Virus record (IMG/VR): IMGVR_UViG_3300009528_000005
Location: 1-50,805 of that record
Source: a virus
Lineage: Duplodnaviria > Caudoviricetes
Reading direction: 5' to 3' (one strand)
DNA length: 50,805 nt
In this document: positions 45,853 to 50,805 of the stretch, in pieces
Layout: each line of letters starts with the position of its first letter
How positions within the stretch are numbered: position 1 is the stretch's first letter
Made by a program: the position numbers and the translations under genes
The notes under the pieces: generated by a model
What the model saw: only the letters and a program-made list of their open reading frames with translations
Told to the model about the DNA's origin: nothing
Databases searched by the model: none

Positions 45853-46581
45853 GTGGCGGGCGAAAAAAAATGGATTGAATTTAGCCCGTGGAAAAACTTA
45901 ACAGGTCATTTAGGCACCGTTAAAAGAACATGGCTGTGGGTTTACGTTTGTCGTCTTTGTCATAGGTGGATAACAAAAACCGCTGCTTATACGGCTATCA
46001 GGGGCGAAGCGATATTAGCCGACACGGATACCGTAGGGGCTTTTACCATCACGCTACCCATCTCCCCTGAAGCTGGCGATACCGTTAAGATAAAAGACGC
46101 TAAAGGCTCATGGGCTACTAACAATGTAACTGTCGGGAGGAATGGCGAAAAGATACGGGGTTCGGCGGCTGATTTTACGCTTGCTGTCAACTGGGCCGAA
46201 GCCGAGTTTGTTTATGTAGATTCGGCAACGGGATGGATAGTTAAATTAATTTCTGACGGGTTTGGTGCCCCGACTGAGCTTACAATCGACAATGGAGAGG
46301 TAACTGTTTCCGGTGATTCAAAATGGAGGTTTCATAGCATTCGTACAGAAGAAGATGCAGCATCGGACGATCTCGTCACGGTTAACGGTGGAAATGTTGG
46401 CGACATACTCTTGTTGCAGGCCGAGAACGATGCGAGAACTGTGGTTAATAAAGATGGAGCAAGCTTGATGTTACGAGCTGGGGCTGATTTCACTTTTAAT
46501 AACGTAAGGGACAAGTTAATGGCGATTTGTATCTCATCCGGTGTATGGCATGAACTTATACGATCAAGTGGTGGGAATTAG
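45853..46581 (+). CDS. Tail fibre-like protein with T4 gp9/10-like motif
   Basis: AFTITLP.SP.AGDTV.I.D...WATNNVTV.RNG.KI. Confidence 0.75.
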   Translation: MAGEKKWIEFSPWKNLTGHLGTVKRTWLWVYVCRLCHRWITKTAAYTAIRGEAILADTDTVGAFTITLPISPEAGDTVKIKDAKGSWATNNVTVGRNGEKIRGSAADFTLAVNWAEAEFVYVDSATGWIVKLISDGFGAPTELTIDNGEVTVSGDSKWRFHSIRTEEDAASDDLVTVNGGNVGDILLLQAENDARTVVNKDGASLMLRAGADFTFNNVRDKLMAICISSGVWHELIRSSGGN

Positions 46582-46614
46582 AACGACCCGGACAGGGATG
46601 TAGTGAAGTTTTAG

Positions 46615-46697
46615 TAGGGTACTTATTGACGTAGTATAAAACTACGGATCACTAAGCCCGATTGAGAGCAGAGAAGTAATGCTCTTGGTCGGGCTTT
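46615..46697 (+). ncRNA. Conserved TAGGGT leader/terminator RNA, copy 2
   Basis: Same stems as 19367-19475 with different loops. Confidence 0.75.
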
Positions 46698-46716
46698 CTT
46701 ATTGGGGAGAGGTAAA

Positions 46717-48639
46717 ATGTTTAAGCGTATTACAGTTTGTATTGTATTGGTTGTTTTTGCGATTCTGGTAGTTTCTTGTAAGGCCACTTCGACTGCTGCG
46801 GACGGCGACCTTCCCGTTATTTCTGGGACTCCAGAAGCGAATGACTTTGCTCGATTTACAGATGCGAGTAGAATCGAGGGAAGGTCATACTCGGAGACGA
46901 GAGGCGATTTAAGTTTAGGCACTGCTGCAACAAGAGCTGCCGAGGACTCGATGACCGATGGTAGCAACCTACCAGACGGAGCGGCCATTAAAGCCTACGG
47001 GGATGCCAATTGGGGTGGTGCGGCCGGGGACAATATTTATGAGGGAGACACCAAGATAGAAACAATTGATGCAGGAGACGGATACATAACAGTCGAAGAG
47101 GATGGTTCGGAAATTGCTCGTTGGACTGATGGCAATTTAGGCATCAAAACAACGACACCAGAAACAGAATTAGACAATGCTGGCAAATTTCGTTCTATAG
47201 CTACGGGTACTGCTCCTTCGACTGGAACAGGAATAGAAATGTTTTATAATGTAGGTGATGACTACGGGTCACTACAAGCTTATGATCGGGATGGTAGTGC
47301 TTGGAAGCCAATTCGCATAAAAGGAAGTGAGGTTTCGTTATTTTTCGGAGCAGCAGAAATACTAAAGGCAAGCAGCGGTAGTCTCTCTATTGAGCCTGCC
47401 CTCAGCCTTAAAGAGATTTCTGCTCCTGGGAACACTGCTGACTATGGCAAGCTCTATGTTAAGTCTTCTGATAGTCTCTTATATTTCCTAGAGGATGATA
47501 ATACAGAACACAGCCTGACAGCCGCAGGAGTTATTGATTGGGTTAGTGTTGAAGATTACGGAGCAGTTGGAGATAATAGTACCAACGATACCACTGCAAT
47601 TAATTCAGCAAACACAGCTTTAGGGCTAAGCGCAACAACCGAACCAACGAAGACATTATATTTTCCACCAGGGACTTACTTAGTAACCCCAGGTGGATTA
47701 GATGAATGGAAGTGTAACGTCAAAGCTGATGAGGCAGTTTTTAGGGCTTCAGCAGACGATACAGGACACGTTGTTCATCTTGAACCTACAAGTAGATATG
47801 CCGTCATCAGCATTAGAGGTATTCTTGGTTATAATTCGACTACTATTCAGGCTGGGGTTGGCGTTACTATAGACAGTAATACAACAGGATTACTCGTTAC
47901 ACATGCACACAGAAGTACCATCAACATCGAACATATACAAGGATTACAAGAGGCGATAAGATTAGACTCTTATCATGGTGGAGCAAACACGCCAACGTCT
48001 GAATGTACTTATAATATTGGAACACTTATGAAGAACGGATTTGGAATTGTTCAGATTGGTGGTGCAGATTCTACGAGTAAGAGTGAAGCCAATAGGTTCT
48101 ACATTCGATACATGGTTGGAAATGGAACCGGCATATATTTAGATTCAAATACTCGCAATACTGGTCTGATTGTTTCTAATTTATATGACATATTAGCCTT
48201 TGAAATGCACTACACAGATGATGAGGATGGCATACACTTAAACGGAGCCCTGGTTTATACCAATAAGTTCTATGTACACGGTTCTTTAGTTCCTCCTGAT
48301 TACTTAGATGCGGGATCAACTGGAAAAATAGTCAAGATAAGTAATGGAGCTAAGTCTAATTACTTTCAACTTTCTTATGTAGACTGGGAGGAAATGGATC
48401 TTGGTGAATCAAGTTATAACATTTTTGATACAGCAACATCATATTTTGGACATCCCGCTGCTTCGGCAGGGGATGGGAGGTCAATAATTAGTGGTGGGGC
48501 TGCTCCGACCAATGGACGCTGGGAGCAGGGAAGTATTTGTTGGAGAGCAAATGCTGTTGCTGGCCAAATGATGGGCTGGATGTGCGTTACGTCTGGTTCA
48601 CCTGGGACATGGAAGGCAATGGCAAATTTGGCACCATGA
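46717..48639 (+). CDS. Tailspike-like beta-helix protein with N-terminal signal/lipoprotein peptide
   Basis: VSVEDYGAVGD..TNDT.AI...LYFPPGTY; MFKR + hydrophobic + VVSC. Confidence 0.8.
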   Translation: MFKRITVCIVLVVFAILVVSCKATSTAADGDLPVISGTPEANDFARFTDASRIEGRSYSETRGDLSLGTAATRAAEDSMTDGSNLPDGAAIKAYGDANWGGAAGDNIYEGDTKIETIDAGDGYITVEEDGSEIARWTDGNLGIKTTTPETELDNAGKFRSIATGTAPSTGTGIEMFYNVGDDYGSLQAYDRDGSAWKPIRIKGSEVSLFFGAAEILKASSGSLSIEPALSLKEISAPGNTADYGKLYVKSSDSLLYFLEDDNTEHSLTAAGVIDWVSVEDYGAVGDNSTNDTTAINSANTALGLSATTEPTKTLYFPPGTYLVTPGGLDEWKCNVKADEAVFRASADDTGHVVHLEPTSRYAVISIRGILGYNSTTIQAGVGVTIDSNTTGLLVTHAHRSTINIEHIQGLQEAIRLDSYHGGANTPTSECTYNIGTLMKNGFGIVQIGGADSTSKSEANRFYIRYMVGNGTGIYLDSNTRNTGLIVSNLYDILAFEMHYTDDEDGIHLNGALVYTNKFYVHGSLVPPDYLDAGSTGKIVKISNGAKSNYFQLSYVDWEEMDLGESSYNIFDTATSYFGHPAASAGDGRSIISGGAAPTNGRWEQGSICWRANAVAGQMMGWMCVTSGSPGTWKAMANLAP

Positions 48640-48681
48640 GCGTTTGAAGGCTCTCGAAGAAACACATTTGGTGGAGATACA

Positions 48682-48960
48682 ATGAACTTTCCAGACATAG
48701 TGAGGCTTATTATGGTGGGAATACTAGGTATTTTATGGTGGGACTTGCGCGGTTTTCGCACAGAGGCTTTTGGGTTGCGGCAAGAAATTCAGGATTTCCG
48801 GCTTGAGATTCAGGAAGACCGTGAGAAGCTTCGCCAACAGATTGATAAAAAATATGTTGATAAAGAAAGCCACGGTCAATTATGCGAAATAGCCCAACTG
48901 AAAGTTACACAGGCCATCAAGGTCGCAGTCAACGAAGCGTTTGAAGAAAATGGCAGATAA
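48682..48960 (+). CDS. Single-TM coiled-coil protein (holin/antiholin-like)
   Basis: N-terminal TM; precedes endolysin. Confidence 0.6.
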   Translation: MNFPDIVRLIMVGILGILWWDLRGFRTEAFGLRQEIQDFRLEIQEDREKLRQQIDKKYVDKESHGQLCEIAQLKVTQAIKVAVNEAFEENGR

Positions 48961-48963
48961 AGC

Positions 48964-49149
48964 GTGGCCGAACTCATAGACATTACGGGTTCTATTGTTG
49001 CCATACAAGCTTGGATTCAATTGGCTGAGCGTAGGATGCGAAAGCTGCCCAAAGCTGACCAAAGAGAAGTCAAACGCACGGTTGCTAAGGTTATACTTCG
49101 GCTAGACATGCTAAAACAACAGGTGAACAAACTACAATGTTCCATCTAA
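48964..49149 (+). CDS. Hypothetical protein
   Basis: ORF track. Confidence 0.55.
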   Translation: MAELIDITGSIVAIQAWIQLAERRMRKLPKADQREVKRTVAKVILRLDMLKQQVNKLQCSI

Positions 49150-49475
49150 AAAATCTCGAAATCCTGAATCTTGACCCTATGCTCATTCGGATAGCATGGG
49201 CTGTTTATGACCGCTTCGGGCTTGATGTGATAACGAGTGGGAACAGACCTGGAGATAAGGGCGTACACGGCTATTTCAGGGGCTTAGACCTGAGATGCAG
49301 GGATGGTGTTGTGGGTGGTAGGATAGCTTCCTGGATTAATCAGTATTTTCGGTATGATCCTGAACGACCCAAGAAGGTTTGTGCTAAATGGAAACACAAA
49401 AAGGGCAAGGGGCCTCATCTTCATTTTAAGGTTCATCTAAATACTGTAATGATAAAACAACCGGAAAGGTGGTGA
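49137..49475 (+). CDS. Endolysin, peptidase M15-like
   Basis: VITSGNR...H....LDLR...HLH Zn ligands. Confidence 0.8.
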   Translation: MFHLKNLEILNLDPMLIRIAWAVYDRFGLDVITSGNRPGDKGVHGYFRGLDLRCRDGVVGGRIASWINQYFRYDPERPKKVCAKWKHKKGKGPHLHFKVHLNTVMIKQPERW

Positions 49476-49481
49476 ATAAAT

Positions 49482-49682
49482 ATGAAAGCTCAACTAATTA
49501 GTGCATTAGTTCAGGTACTATTAAAGTTGCTGAGTCCAACTCTGCTAAGGAAATTTGCAGACACGGTCTTGGATTTTGCGGAAAAGTATGTACTTGGAAC
49601 CAAGAGCGAAACAGATGATAGGTTTGTGCTTCCGGTCTGCAATATGATTCGGGAGACTTTTGACATCCCCGATAACGATTAG
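49482..49682 (+). CDS. Small amphipathic protein (lysis module)
   Basis: T...DD motif; follows endolysin. Confidence 0.65.
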   Translation: MKAQLISALVQVLLKLLSPTLLRKFADTVLDFAEKYVLGTKSETDDRFVLPVCNMIRETFDIPDND

Positions 49683-49767
49683 GGGTTTGGCTAAAACAAT
49701 CAAAAACGTCTAACGCCTTCAATCAGCTTGAAAGGTGATTGTCGTAGTTTAACTAAAGGTGGCTCTC

Positions 49768-49923
49768 ATGGTGTGGTGCGTCTTAGCTCTTGTTGTTTTT
49801 ATAATCTATTTTGGGATTGGTGTGTTCTTCGCAACTTCCCTATCCTGGTCGAGTGGCGAAAAGATAGCCTTGAAGGATGTTATTAAGATTGGCTTAACAT
49901 GGCCTAGATGGTTTTTAAAATGA
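49768..49923 (+). CDS. Small membrane protein, 51 aa
   Basis: AGGTGG SD, ATGA coupling; translated by hand. Confidence 0.55.
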   Translation: MVWCVLALVVFIIYFGIGVFFATSLSWSSGEKIALKDVIKIGLTWPRWFLK

Positions 49924-50240
49924 GCGAGAAGGTTATTCTTGATGTTCTCAACCAAATCGAAGGGCGACTCTTGTGGCTTATCCTGAAGTTGATTCTAGCA
50001 GGCATCATTCTACTCGTTATCAAGTCGTTTATCGAGAGTATGGTTGCCTATATACTGCTCACCAGCAATAAACATTTGGGCATCGGTGTGCCCATCAAAG
50101 TGCGTGGTGTAGAAGGCAAAATTGTCCGATATGGCTGGCGAATGATTTTTGTTGAGACAGTAGAAGGCGAAGAGATCATACTTACCAAAAAATGGCAAAA
50201 TGAGAAATGGACGCTATTAAACGATGGGGATAAGGAGTGA
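49920..50240 (+). CDS. Membrane protein with MscS-like beta domain fragment
   Basis: TM then G..I.V.G.EG.I...G. Confidence 0.6.
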   Translation: MSEKVILDVLNQIEGRLLWLILKLILAGIILLVIKSFIESMVAYILLTSNKHLGIGVPIKVRGVEGKIVRYGWRMIFVETVEGEEIILTKKWQNEKWTLLNDGDKE

Positions 50241-50320
50241 TCGCCCGATAAGTGAGGTATCTCCACCTCATTTCCCCAGCTCGATCAATGTTGGGTTTAC
50301 TTTAAAATGGGCAATAGCAG

Positions 50321-50593
50321 ATGAAGAGAATCAGAACAGGACAAGTAATCTTACTGATAGTCGTGGGTCTCCTGCTATCGGCCTGTCTCACGACTTCTAC
50401 CGTGACCTTACCCAGTGGCGAGGTTTACACCGTCAAGTGTAAATCAGATGCTATGGTTCAGTACGAAGAAACGGATGGCAAGATGGGCATTAAAATTATA
50501 GTTGATAACCGGGGCCGGCCAGGCATGATTGAGCAAGCCCTTGGGATTATGTTCATGTCCCTCCCAGACGTGGAGATAAAGGCTAGTGACTGA
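50321..50593 (+). CDS. Lipoprotein (possible spanin component)
   Basis: Lipobox LSAC. Confidence 0.7.
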   Translation: MKRIRTGQVILLIVVGLLLSACLTTSTVTLPSGEVYTVKCKSDAMVQYEETDGKMGIKIIVDNRGRPGMIEQALGIMFMSLPDVEIKASD

Positions 50594-50805
50594 GTTTACC
50601 AGATCAGTCCCCGCAAGCCCGTCAAAGTTAGAAGCTGCGACCTTGTTTGTTGTCACGGCCATTGCAGAGTCCTACGGGTGAGCCTGCGAGACTACGCTGT
50701 TCCCAGGTGGGGGATATGGGCTAAATTTCAAGTGTCCCGATTCTGTGCCTGACCAGCAGACGGCTGATATGGCTTTGAAGGTTGAAGAGACTTTAGTGGG
50801 GGCAG
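50586..50805 (+). CDS. Junction-spanning ORF (continues to 140; 78 aa if TGA at 50679 is read through)
   Basis: MTEFTRSV...ESYG*ACETTLFPGGGYG...GHEVV; coupled to both neighbours. Confidence 0.5.
50683..50805. repeat. Terminal direct repeat / circular overlap (copy 2)
   Basis: Identical to 1-123. Confidence 0.95.

Noticed and set aside
40885-48639. Diversity-generating retroelement as in BPP-1
   Set aside because: No reverse transcriptase and no adenine-mismatched TR/VR pair were seen.
1-50805. Genome-wide TGA recoding
   Set aside because: Many coupled genes end in TGA (ATGA/GTGA overlaps) and long genes are intact in the standard code.

Overview
A complete, circularly assembled bacteriophage genome of about 50.68 kb; positions 1-123 are repeated exactly at 50683-50805. 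The morphogenesis module is podovirus-like and resembles BPP-1/P22/T7: TerS, TerL, portal, scaffold, major capsid, cement, tail tubular A/B, GNAT, ejection proteins, tail fibre/spike genes and an M15-type endolysin. The early region has a leftward operon (HTH-nuclease, tRNA-like RNA, exonuclease, SSB-like protein), an XRE repressor flanked by palindromic operators, and a rightward operon (DNA methylase, tyrosine recombinase, replication initiator, VRR-NUC). A Desulfobacterota/Deltaproteobacteria-like host is inferred from the sigma54/IHF promoter and attC style but is not proven. Most notable observations: (1) an integrase-less integron, with an attI-like site and four attC cassettes whose core site doubles as the ribosome-binding site, at the end of the early operon; (2) several virion/tail genes with Sec-type signal peptides co-encoded with two O-antigen-ligase/oligosaccharyltransferase-like genes, plus a sugar methyltransferase elsewhere; (3) a Tat-signal protein fused to a major-capsid paralog fragment; (4) a repeated structured leader/terminator RNA punctuating the late genes; (5) two small ORFs with in-frame UGA followed by SECIS-like hairpins; (6) a dif-like site and a tRNA-like RNA. 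Family assignments come from motifs read by eye; no database searches were run.
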